From NCBI RefSeq assembly GCF_009914755.1, contig NC_060925.1: a stretch of DNA of 64,000 nt; one strand, 5' to 3'. This document shows positions 13,448 through 25,459 of this stretch, one piece after another; positions within the stretch are counted from its first letter, which is position 1; the number at the start of each line of letters is the position of its first letter. The notes below the pieces were generated by a model. It searched no databases, was not told where the DNA came from, and saw only the letters and a list, made by a program, of their open reading frames with translations. The position numbers and the translations under genes are program-made. The DNA is from the human T2T-CHM13v2.0 reference genome, Homo sapiens.

Positions 13448-13697
13448 GTTCATTTACTAATCTAGGCAATAGATTTTGTACTCACCAAGGAATCTACAAG
13501 TAAAATCTCACAGCAGGTGCAGCTGCAGGTGGCAGTGAAGCTTTCCAAATAGCCACTGAAGCTGCCAGTGTAGAAGATCTTATGTCATCTGGCAAATATC
13601 TCTAATGGACAAGAATAGCTGTGGGGCAAAAAATTCTCTTTTATGTAGAGATGGAAAAAAAATGCTATTAAGCTTTGTATTTTCTTCTTTTTTTCAG

Positions 13698-13814
13698 TTC
13701 CAACAAATGGCAGATAGACTTTTTTCCCTTGGAAAAAGAGTCTTCAGATGTTTCTTTAAAATAAATTTAAAATATTTTTGATGATTTATGCTGAAATGGA
13801 TCTGCATTAAATTT
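13698..13814 (+). pseudogene. Fossil exon (..RCFFKINLKYF.. region)
   Basis: Acceptor tttcttctttttttcag, donor gtaatt; weak resemblance to recalled RGSL1 RLPFFCKTNLCF; frame ambiguous. Confidence 0.45.
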
Positions 13815-14402
13815 GTAATTGCTGAATAATTTAAATGTTAAATGATTAAAATAATTGCCATAAATTTCATAGCATGTGTTTTGAATATGTTTCACCTAAA
13901 CTGTGACATTATGTACCTTATAGTTTCTCCCAGGATGTAAAGCATCATCTTCTGATTGAGAGCTAGAAAAGTCAGGCAAAAGGCAACCAAATGAAAGAAA
14001 TCTCTTCAAGGTTTCTATAAGTACAATAGAGGGAATGTTTAGTGTTGTCACTTGAGAATAAGTATTTCTTCCTGACCACTAGTTAATTTTAACTAGTGGG
14101 TTGTGGTGTTTGTGAGACAAGGTAATGGGATAAAAATCATGCATGTTCCTAGGATTTTGCAGATTTAAACACATCATTCTGGAGAATGTGCTGTGAACTT
14201 TTCCTTCTGCTTTTTTTCTTTTTTAAAATCACACATTTGAATTATCATGGTCTATCACAGTCGGAATACTGCTAGCCGTGTTCCCTCTTAGTGCTGCTGA
14301 AGGACATGGGAGTCATGGTTAACACAAAGATTTGGGAAGGGACAGGAGAATGCGTTCTTCCTCTCCTGCTTCTTCCCTTTGCTATTTTCTCTGGCTTCTC
14401 AG

Positions 14403-14618
14403 GACCCATATTAAGAAAGGCACCCTGCAGCACCAGAAGGAGATTTTTTTGTTGTTGATTTATACAAGCTATTGAAGAAATGATGTTTATCAAGCGTATC
14501 ATCACGAAACTATTTTTAACGATTATGGAAACATAAGTCTTTAATGTTCTCATTAAATTTAAGATGTTGGAACACATTTTTAGGAAGTGATAATAGTGAG
14601 AAGTTGGGAAGTCTCAAG
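14403..14618 (+). pseudogene. Fossil exon containing RGS helix-4-like FIQAIEEMM
   Basis: Long pyrimidine tract ending ttctcag; motif at 14459-14485; frameshifted, 3' boundary uncertain. Confidence 0.45.
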
Positions 14619-15307
14619 GCAAAATAGTTGAGCAAATATGAATTAGAATTAAGAGGAAAACCTGCTTAGACACAAAATTATTCTTTTTCTTTTTTAAAAG
14701 AGAGAAAAAAAAGGAAAAAAATCTAATGGTTTAGAAACCTAATGAAGAAAATGTACAATAGAAGTGATCAATACTGAGAAGCTTAGGAACAGAAATATGT
14801 TTATGTTCTTTGAATCTTAGATTAGGTGTTCACCTGTTCTGGCCCAATTTAGGTTATTTTTCTGGGAATAAATCCTGGATTTAAAAAAAAAACTCATTGT
14901 ATTAATTATTTGTTTATAAAATTTATAAAGAGAACCCAGAGTATTTTAGTCTCCTGAAAGTATTTTAAAATTTGAAAATTTAGTACATTCTGAATTTTCT
15001 AATTTATCATTCAGATTATGGAATTTTAAATGGAGTTCAAAGTTGGTTCATTAATTTTTATATCTAACATTGTAGTATCCTTCAACATATCATATAAAAA
15101 GAATGTTAAGAGAGTCCCCACGTGTATAGTATGAGGCTTAGTAAATAAATTAAAATAGAAAATAGAAAAAGTAGGTCACTGAAGCTTAGTATAGAACTTA
15201 GAGTAAGATCAATTTTAGTGTGATTAAAGAGGTTTAAGATGGGGATGAGGAAGGTAATAAGGAAGATAGGACGGTCTGGATAAGGAAAAGCGACTTTAAC
15301 TTGTAAG

Positions 15308-15478
15308 CCTATATTCCCCATGAGCCGAAATATTGCAAGCTGGAGACACACAAAAGACATTTTGAATGTTATGGCAATCCAGGTGCTAGCTATTTTCTCT
15401 CTAAAAATTTCCCCCATATGTGCAACAGTTTATGAGTACTCAATGCCCAAGGACACCCTTCAAAGAAAGAAAGAACAT
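15308..15478 (+). pseudogene. Fossil exon YIPHEPKYCKLETHKRHFECYGNPGASYFLSKNFPHMCNSL*VLNAQGHPSKKERT
   Basis: 56 codons with a single TGA; resembles RGS helix 5/loop (recalled RGS22 KMKKCYLVSNGDYYLS); splice sites weak. Confidence 0.55.
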
Positions 15479-16065
15479 GTATAACCTAAGTTGAAAATAC
15501 AGATTTCAAATAAGCCATTCTTACTTAACCTACATGTTGTAAAATGCCTTAATTTTGTTTTCTGGAAAAGATATGAATTGTACAATTATTTATTCACAAT
15601 TATTACAATATCCTTGTCATTTGAAATGCATTCACACAAAGCAAAGGGTTAAATTCTTTGCAGGACTCAGAACAATAGGTGATACCTGTTTATTATATGT
15701 ATGAGGGTTCAAGTTAGCCACAGGCTATGAAAGTTTTCTAACTCTATTTTCTGTAAAACTTACTATTATAATTTGATTCTTTTGATTTTCTTTATTATTG
15801 TAATATAATATTCTATATGTATAAAAGATTATATTTAATTACAAATATATGTTATGAAATATAATACAATAAAGCCACTACTCAGGTCAGAACATTACCA
15901 CATTTTTGCAGCTACCTAAGCTCTACTCAGAATTAGCCATCATTCTGAATTTTGTGTTGGCAATTCCCCGTAGCTTTTGAGAACAACACAATAAAATTCA
16001 AACAACAAGAAACTTAATTGAATCACAGGATTAACTCTCTCTATTTGTCCTTTTGCTAATTTCAG

Positions 16066-16100
16066 TGCCTGACATAACTGATACTATTTTCAAACCTCTG
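16066..16100 (+). pseudogene. Fossil 35-nt exon PDITDTIFKPL
   Basis: Strong acceptor ctatttgtccttttgctaatttcag, donor gtaaaa; phase compatible with previous exon. Confidence 0.55.
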
Positions 16101-16724
16101 GTAAAAGATATATATATATATAAAATATATTAATATGTTCATCTATATTCATATATTCATATATATTCATATACTTTTTCATATTTGTATACTATTTCTA
16201 TTCTTTTAATTTTTTGTTTTGTTGAAATTTAAAAAGAAAATAATTAAGGAAAAAATAATCATAAAGCCTACTACATAAAAGCAACAGTTATTAACATTTG
16301 CTAAACATCATTTTACATATTTATCTTTCTATATATACAGATAGGTGGACTAACAAACAAAAACAAGATCTTAAAATATAGTTAAATTTAAGTAAAATAT
16401 ATTAAATTTGCATTTGGTGTGTAAATATAGTGAAATGAATTGATAACCTGAGGAGATGAAATGTTAGATAAAACGAGTTAGAGACAAAAGTGGTTAGTGC
16501 ACAGTCCACCTGATAAAAAGAAAAATTGTGAAAAATATTAAGGTTGTAGTCACCATATCTCTTAAAGTAATTATTTTGCTATCATACTATATTTATTTTT
16601 ACCCTGCTATGAGAGATGAGAAAATTAGCACTTAGATCTCCAACCCTTTCTTCATTTCAATTACAGTAACTCCATATTAGATTTTCCTGAGAATTAGAAT
16701 TCTTTATGTTCTTTCCACTTGCAG

Positions 16725-16810
16725 ATACAAACTATTGCAGGAAAATTTTTTCTATTTCCAAACGTTTTTTCTGTCTCATTGCTCTATATTGATTATGAGG
16801 AAACTGAAAG
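16725..16810 (+). pseudogene. Fossil exon (YKLLQENFFYFQTFFLSHC.. or IQTIAGKFFLFPNVF..)
   Basis: Strong acceptor ttctttccacttgcag, donor AG|gtagac; YKLLQENFF resembles RGS helix 7-8 YKLMEKDSY. Confidence 0.55.
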
Positions 16811-16839
16811 GTAGACCTCCTTGGTTCAAAACCATAATT

Positions 16840-17385
16840 GTTTTTATTTATTAATTTTGTTTTCAAATTAAAAATTGTGTATATTTAAGATGCGCAATTT
16901 GATGACTTTCTTTTTGTGGTGAGAACAAAAAATTTCTAAAGTTTGGGAAATTTCAATTTATACAGTACAATATTGTTAACTATAATTCACACTGTTATAC
17001 ATTAGGCCTTTAGAACTTATCTTGTGTAACCAAAGCTTTGAACCCCTTAACCAACATCTTCCTCCAGTCCCTGCTAACCGCCATTCTACCCTCAGTTTCT
17101 AAGAGCTTAACTCTTAGATTCCACTTATAAATGAGATCATGGAGCATTTTTCCTTCTGTGTCTGGCTTATTTTACTTAGTGTAACGTCCTCTGGGTTTAT
17201 CCGTGTTGTCTCAAATGTCAGGATTTCCTTTTTTTAAAGGCTGAATACAATTCCATTGTGTGTGTGTGTGTGTACATATCACATTTTCTTTGTTCATTCA
17301 TCCATCAACAGACTTTTTTTCCCTAAATCTTGGCTATTGTGAATAATACTGAAATGAATATGAGAGTGTAGATATCTATCTAATT
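16840..17385 (-). mobile_element. L1MA-type 3' end
   Basis: ttagattccacttataaatgagatcat..tctggcttattttacttag motifs. Confidence 0.8.
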
Positions 17386-17601
17386 TTCCTTGGGGAGATG
17401 GAACCCTTCTTGGTAGCAGGGGTAGCCAGCAGGGCATTTGCCCACTTCGTGAAGCTAAGATGCTATAAAAAACATGATTACGGATTCAGAGATAGGAAAT
17501 TATTCCAACATAACTTTAAAGGCTATTCATGACACCCAGATTCAATCTTTTATCTCATTTGGAATACTGATAGATAAGTTATTCCCTGAATTATCTTACA
17601 G

Positions 17602-18109
17602 ACATCATACCAGAGCAAGCAAGTATGATTTGTAAGCAAAATTGATTTTCAACAAGAGACCTGTAGAGGTGACATATTCTTCTACTATTCACATGAAAAT
17701 TGTGTAGCCAAATGTTTGGAAGGGTCTCAGAAATTTAGCACATTTGGTGTGAGAACCAAAGGCACAGTCAATGAATTCCATCTGTTTCCAGGAGAAGACT
17801 CATTACTGGGTGTTACTGGGGAGCATTAGGCCCCAGGGAGAGGATTTTCCTGAGACTTTTATTTCATGGTGCTGTATGGAAAAAAAAGAACACACACTCC
17901 TTGTGATATTTGTTATATCTTTGACACTACCCCAACTAAAAACCAAATAAACAGAAAACAAATAAAAAAGAAATAGACTGAACAGAGTTATAGAAGAAGT
18001 GACTGAACATTTAGGCAGAGGCTACTTACACTGAAGTTAAGAAAAAAATACTGCCTTGCAAGTTGCTTGAATGTACAGAGTTTACATTATTTTTCCCAGA
18101 GATGGCTAT
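17602..18109 (+). pseudogene. Three small candidate fossil exons: 17602-17631, 17792-17873, 18100-18109
   Basis: Acceptors tcttacag, tgtttccag, tttttcccag; donors gtaagc, gtatgg, gtgagt; frames ambiguous. Confidence 0.4.
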
Positions 18110-18217
18110 GTGAGTACTGTTTTGATAATTTCCTGGTAGATAGAAGTTGTATTTTATTTTAATAAGAACCAGTATGTTACAATAATATGATAAGAGAAAT
18201 GTCTTGAGGACCTCAGC

Positions 18218-18512
18218 TTTTTTTTTGTTTTTTGAGACGGTCTCTCTCTGTCACCCAGGCTGCAGTGCAGTGGCGCCATCTGGGCTCCCTACAACCTCCA
18301 CCTCCCGGTTCAAGCGATTCTTGTGCCCCAGTCTCTGGAGTAGCTGGAATTACAGAAGTGCACCACCACGCCCAGCTAATTTTTGTATTCTTAGTAGAGA
18401 GGTGGTTTCCCCATGTTGCCCAGGCTGGTCTTGAATTCCTGGCCTCAACTGATCCACCCGCCTCAGCCTCCCAAAGTGCTGAGATTACAGGCGTGAGCCA
18501 CTGCACCCAGCC
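18218..18512 (-). mobile_element. Alu (J/S)
   Basis: Full dimer; cagcttttt flanks. Confidence 0.92.
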
Positions 18513-18779
18513 AGCTTTTTTTTTCCTTCTGATTTGCAAAAATGTGCCATATGGCCTAGTGGTACTCCTGTATGTAGGGCCGTCTTTTCTGAATGTTCAT
18601 ATATATAGTCATTTAGTCATCACAATTTCCAAATGAGAGTGGAATTATTGTATCTAATTTTCAGGCCAAGATAAGAAAGGAGTTAAATTGTTTACCCAAG
18701 GTCCCAGAAAAAATAAAGAATGAAATATTTAATTTCAGGAAATTGTGCACTTGTATAAGTTTAACCACTTGCTCTCTAG

Positions 18780-19174
18780 CCACGCACAGTAGGAGGGATG
18801 GGAGAGGAGACCTGATTTATATCATTTGACAATTTTCAGTGTCAATACTGCTACCATGTCAGATATCAAGCTTGCCTATATGAGGCCTTTGAATGTGGAG
18901 TTTCAGGAGTGGTGCCGTAGTATTCTATAGTATTTATATTATACAGATACATTAGATATAAATGGCATCACAAATATAGAAAATGGTAAAATGTGGTGAA
19001 AATAAAAGGTGATGAGTTTTGAGTATTTCTTACCTTTGTTTCTAATATTTAATTGTAGGTTTATACAGTTTAGTTTTTAATTATGTATGTGTTTAACTAT
19101 GACTAGCAAAATCCCTGAAAATTTAACAATCAGCTCTCATGAACTGGTATGAATCAGCCCCAGACCACCATTGT
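18780..19174 (-). mobile_element. MER63-like hAT DNA transposon
   Basis: aaaatccctgaaaatttaacaatcagctctcatgaactggtatgaatcagccccagaccaccattg terminal motif. Confidence 0.7.
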
Positions 19175-19204
19175 GCCCAGGTTGGTTTACAGATCACAGG
19201 TTGT

Positions 19205-19340
19205 ATTAGAGTATAATGTAGAGAAAAGATCCTGGGGTTACCACACCTGACTTGGAGATGGCCCCACCACCAGCCAACTTTGTGATCAAGGGCACATTAT
19301 ATCATCTCTCTGGCTCCAGTTTCTTTCTGTTAAATAGGGA
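19205..19340 (+). mobile_element. MIR
   Basis: tgtgatcaagggca..ctccagtttctttctgttaaatagg core. Confidence 0.6.
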
Positions 19341-19452
19341 AGTTGAAGTCCCTGGCTTTGCAAATTTGTAACCACGGAAAGCTTCTCTATTTACTATCCT
19401 GAAAACATTTCCATTGTCTCACTGAAGGCAAACTACTCAGGTTAAAGTGGAT

Positions 19453-19926
<474 letters not shown>

Positions 19927-19989
19927 GTAAAGTACTTATGACTCACTCTCCTGCTTTAGTTGCTCTTAGCAGCTAAACTAAACGCACAC

Positions 19990-21370
19990 AAGGAAAGTTA
20001 ACATTTCCAAATAGAACACCTGATTTTTTCCTCCAACCATCTTGCTCCTGATCCTTATCTCAGTTTATGGAGCCGCCACAACTCAACCATTTCTAAGGAT
20101 AAAAACCCTGGAGTTTTCCTTGATGCTTCTGTTTTTCTCACATTAGATCTCTAATCATCAGTAAGCTGTGTTGCTGCTACCTTAATTTTCTTAGTTATAT
20201 ATTTTTAAAAAATGTTACTAGCCAATATGGACGTATCAGGCACAGTTCTAGGTTTTACAGATAGAGAATAAACTACAACCCCTGCTCTTAGGAAAATTCT
20301 ATTCTAGTACAAGGAGAAAGAAAATAAACAATAACCAAATCAAACACTTGTTAATAGTGTGTCATGTATAAATCAATTCTGTGGAGAAAAAGAAAATCTG
20401 GTAAGTGGCTAGAAACTGATAGGAAGGGGTGGGAATTTGATAGGAGAAATGCTCTCTAAGGAGACAAAATGAGAGGAGAGACCTAAATGAAAAGGAGAAC
20501 CTAATATTTGGAATACCTGAGGAAAGATTGTTTTAACGCTAAGTGCCAAGACTTTGGGGTGGGGTCATGCTTGACATTTTTGAGGGGCAGCAAGGAAGCC
20601 AGTGGGTTTGGAGCAGAAGGAATGCAGATGGGCTCAACAGAAGACAAACGTGGCATGACAACCAGTCATGCAGAGTATGATGAGAATACCTAGGATAAGA
20701 ACTTTGGTTTTTATTCTGAATTTAGGTCTTAAGCACTATTGTGTCTTGAGTAGAGGTATTTTGTAAAGGCTCGTCATTCAGGTTAGTGAGTAATTACAGA
20801 TTTAGGGGAAACTGACTTTAAGGTAGCAAGTAAGGAGCAGTTGGATGGTTGTTGAAATTATTTCAGTTAAGTGAGGGTGGCGTCTTGAACCAGTGTGGGG
20901 GCAGTGATGATGCTGAGAAATTATCAATTTCTAATTATAGACCTACATCATTAGGTCCATGATGGGGACCCTAATGTTAATTTGTTGCACTCTTTTTCTT
21001 GCCTTATTTGAACCATCCATATCAGGCACCTTGCTATTCCACAAGCTTTCCAAATCACTTTATCACTTGGCTGCTTCAAGCCCTTTGAATTTGATTTTTT
21101 TTTTCTCTTTCTGGAACACTGGTTTCCCTAGGAGTCCCACAGCATTTTTTACTCCCTTTAAGTTCTTTCTCTATGGGCACCTGAAAAGTATCTTCCCTCT
21201 CTATCCTATCTAAAATACCAGCCACCATCATTCTTTAGTCTCCATTCCAATTTAACTTGTCAACATAGCACTTAATATTACTACTTCAGATACATTACAT
21301 ATTTATTTCATGTTGTGGATATCCCCCATGCCATGACACTTTGCTTTATTCATCACTGTCAAAACCGAAT
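19990..21370. mobile_element. L2 fragments (both orientations)
   Basis: Degenerate L2 motifs such as caggcacagttctagg, ggaagccagtgggtttggagcag. Confidence 0.6.
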
Positions 21371-21435
21371 CCAACTTTCTAAAACATTGTGTCATTTCCC
21401 CACTTACAAACTGAATCATTTTGTATTTCCTAAAG

Positions 21436-21480
21436 TACTGATTGTCATATGGCGCTGATAAATGCAATGACCGCACCCTG
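21436..21480 (+). pseudogene. Fossil 45-nt exon Y*LSYGADKCNDRTL
   Basis: Acceptor ttttgtatttcctaaag, consensus donor CTG|gtaagt, length divisible by 3. Confidence 0.5.
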
Positions 21481-21633
21481 GTAAGTACTGCCTTCCAATC
21501 ACTCAATTTCTCCTATCACTCAGTGTTCAAATTTCAAGTAGGGAAAAAATCCTGCATATACCGCCTTTTTGGCACAGTTTGGCCTTGAAATAATATCCTT
21601 TATGTGTCTGTATTTCAGTATGCATTTTCACAG

Positions 21634-21835
21634 AACCAGCTCCCTGTTTCCAGCCCTGTCTGCCTGGATCTCACCTTGCTGTTCCAGACACAATGATACA
21701 AGGGGTGAAACATATTGACAAGAGCCAAATTATGACAATTGTGCTTGGTTTCTGCATGAAGGAAAGCATTGTATACACTGGCAGAGTCAGTATTGAAATG
21801 TTGCTCTTTGAGCTTTTATGCTGAGGAGATTTGAG
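21634..21835 (+). pseudogene. Fossil exon (VCLDLTLLFQTQ*YKG*NILTRAKL.. or alternative frame EPAPCFQPC..)
   Basis: Acceptor gcattttcacag, GAG|gtgtat donor, coding-like composition; frame unresolved. Confidence 0.45.
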
Positions 21836-22199
21836 GTGTATTTAGCTCAGTAGATTTCATCCCCATAAAGGACTTTTGTTGAAAATCTGCTTTTCTCCTG
21901 TTTCGTATTATTAACCAAACAGTCTGCTTTTGTCAAATTTGCAAAGTAATTGTTGTTTCTCTTTCCTCTCTCTATTACATTTCCTTGTGTCTTTATCTTC
22001 CTTCTCTTTTCATGATAAGCCCACCTCTCTTCTTCACCACCATCAATATCAACTCCCATTCCATTATTATATGCATTCTAGTTTTTAATGAATTCATCAG
22101 AAAATAATCTAAATAAGTATATTATACTAACTGAATAAACTGTCAATACACCCTGCTACCAACTCCCTCATAACACACACATTCATTTTTACCTCCAAG

Positions 22200-24310
22200 A
22201 TTATTCGCTGTCTGAGCTTTAATCTCAGAGAGGCAATGTGAAGAAGTTGGATTTTGTATTGTCAGTTTAACCTAGGGTTCACTCTACAGGTAGAGACAGA
22301 ATGGAGGAGAATTGCCCCACATTCATGAAGCCTTTCTTACTTATTAGAAGGAGAATATAAAGAAATGTAGCTTAAGGCCCTTTAAAGATTTTCCGTGCTG
22401 TCCAAGAGAACATTTAGCATTTGAGCACTTGAAAAGTAGCTACTACAAATGAGGACGTATGATTTAAATTGCATTTATGTATTATTTATTTGAATTTAAA
22501 TAACTACATTTGGCTAGTGGTTGCTGTATTGAACAGTATAACAATAAGGAACAGAGAGATTGACCAAGATGGGGTGGGGAATTTTTAGTCCCACGAGTTC
22601 TCAGAGATAGGATTTGAAGGAATGGACAGTGCCTCTCTAACCTTACTGCTAGCTCACGCTAAATGTTGCTAAAGATAGGAAGGTTTAGGCCAGTATAAAC
22701 CAGGTAGGTGTGAGACCCTCCAGATAAGGAAAGATACTGCTGCTCGGCAAATTCTAACGGTGTTTTCTTTGGATATGGCTTAAAGACAAAGTTCTGTTTT
22801 ATGTTGTTTCAGTTTCCTTTCCTTAGCTGTCCAAAGAAATATTTGGTTTGAAACAAACAAAAAGCTCACTAATAAAGTAATTATTATGTAACTCACTAGC
22901 AATTTTCATTTATGGCTATCATCTACCTTTCTGAATATTTTCTTTTATTACAACACTAATCCTTTATCATACATATTCAGTCAAGAGGCTAGACTTGTTT
23001 AACATGATAATGAAAGCCAGTGTAACAATAACACTGTGCTTTCCATGAATGGATGGAGCAGACCTATTCTAAGTGCTTTGTATATAAATTCCTTTTATAC
23101 TGAGGAGTACATATTACTATGATTTTCATACAGATTGGAAAATAATATATTTCTTTACCTACATCCTTAAAATTTCAGGACAAATATTTCAACTACACAA
23201 GGAATGTTGAAAACTCTTTACTCCTAAAAATATGTATTTTAGCTTTTACAAACTGACTCATTATTTGATAAAAGTTGATACTTATTAAACCTGACATCGA
23301 AATATAAATTGATGATACAAATTAAAGTACAATTTTTCTTCCATTTAATTATTCAGTATATTTAGTCCACTATTTGTATTATAAATTTTTGTCAGAGAAG
23401 TGATATTACAAAAAGATCATCAACTCCTTTGGAATTTTTAGGAAACATTGTGCCTAACAGTTTTTAAGACAAATAGAAGAAAAAGACACCTCTGTAATCT
23501 TACCCAAGCTAGTGGACATAATTTTTATAAGCTATGTATACATTACTCTACTCTGTGCTGTAAACTGATTTTTCTTTATTACTTCCTTAATTATTTTATT
23601 ATGAGTTTATATTTCCCTTGATTTATTATTTCGTAATGTGTGCCCATTGTACGTTGTGTAAAGGCCCTGATAATCTACTGATAAAATACCTACAGACCCT
23701 GGCGCTAATGTGTTCATAATCTATTAGTAGCAATGTGCAAAATGGAAGCATTCACTTAAGAAATATTTTTAGACTCAATTTTAGAAGCTTAAAATACATT
23801 TTTTTTAGAAATTCATAATAATCACATCAGGAAATACTTTGTGATATAGCTGTGGTCAAATATTCTAATTAATAACTTCATAAGGTTAATCTTCTGAGCC
23901 AACTCATCTTCTACACTCACTACGCTAGACTTGAAGAGGATGGATATCACAAGTAAGATTTTAATACGCTGTCATAGTGTTTTTCAAAACTGCTGACTGT
24001 AAATACGTGTCCTCTGAATTTATATTAGGCAATTATCCATGGAAGTCAAATATCCTCAAGTAACTGGGTAAAATTGCCTTTTGATTAAGCATTTTCTAAA
24101 AAAGGCAGAACAGCAGCAGTCTAAATAATTTTTAAATTATAATTATATTCTGTACCTTGATTTTTTTCATTGCATTACTATTAAATGGCTCTTTTTTCTG
24201 ACATAGGTTTAAAGCATTAGTATTTTGAACCTCACTCTTTGAGCAAGAGGATCTGGATTTAAGTCGCAAGCCTCCAGCACCAATTGCTGTTAAATTATTG
24301 AAAAGACACA
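22200..24310 (+). pseudogene. Candidate fossil exons 22200-22289, 22827-22876, 23929-23952, 24207-~24310
   Basis: AG/GT-bounded segments; 23929 exon LEEDGYH with gtaaga donor; 24207 segment FKALVF*TSLFEQEDLDLSRKPPAPIAVKLLKRHK. Confidence 0.4.
22394..22541 (+). mobile_element. MER3-like hAT-Charlie MITE
   Basis: gctgtccaa..tggctagtggttgctgtattgaacag termini. Confidence 0.7.
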
Positions 24311-25459
24311 AATCTATATATTTTTTATACCTTTTATATGTTAAACACTGTCCTCCGTCATTGTCATGTCCTTTTATTTTTATAGTTTATTATACATTTA
24401 TTATAATTTTTTACAATTAGACAAAGGTACATGGGTAGGTAATTGGCAAAACTAGTATTCAAACTCATAGATTTAATCACCAAAATGTACATCTATCTCT
24501 TCTCTTTCTGCTTTTCCTTCTTTTATTTGCCCCTCATTACCACTAAGTGTGTCTTTTGGCCACCTCTTCAGCACCTGTGCTAGAAGCAGGGCTATCAAAC
24601 ACATTTCTTCAAAAAATAAACTCACAGACCAGGTAAAAGATTGCGCTGAACTTCACTCTCAATATTTTATGGAAAACAAAATTTGTTGTTAGGTTTACTG
24701 GTGTTGGATTCTAGCCAAGTGAATTTATATATATAAAATAGCATTTTGAAACTGAAGAACAGATCTCTCTTACCCATAAAACTGTCCCTAAAATTTGCTG
24801 CCTAATTTATCAAGTAAAATATAGCACCCACAGTTAAATTTGAATACTTATACTGAAAAAGAATTAGTTACTGTTAATCTGAAATTTAAATTAAACTGAG
24901 CATCCTGTATTTTACCTGACACCTTAGGGAAAACAATCTTTCACAAGACTCAAGCGGTCATGACTGCATATTTTAAAGAGAAAAAAAAGTAGTCAATTAT
25001 GACCTTTTATCATCAATCAGTACAAAACACTATGCTGTTTTCATATATCAGAAGCTGCATAAGAACTGAGATAGTCGAGAACTTGATGACATTTTACATG
25101 CCAAAGAGACATGTGGACACTGTCAAGTACCACAAGGATACTGGCACTGAAAATGCCACTCTGCGTGTTACATGTCGGTTACATGACCAACTACATTACT
25201 AACCCAAATGTATTCAGTCCCCCAAAAGACTTCACACAGCAAGTAACAGAAGAACCCATACCTGAAAGTTTAGGTCAGCATTTTGTGAACTCATGATCAG
25301 TGTAGTACCAGGTCTCTACATTGTAAAATCTGTTTTACATATTTCAAAACATTTAAATTTTTTTAAATAAGCACTTTCTTGAATTAAATGTACACTTTCC
25401 CATTTTGATTCACATATGATCTTTATTATTTGGTTTCATCATTCAGAGCAATGACTGAG

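Noticed and set aside
18204-18636. Alu-derived ORFs (also 11977, 19514, 27275, 36570, 47292, 52995, 57155, 59462)
   Set aside because: Typical Alu translations.
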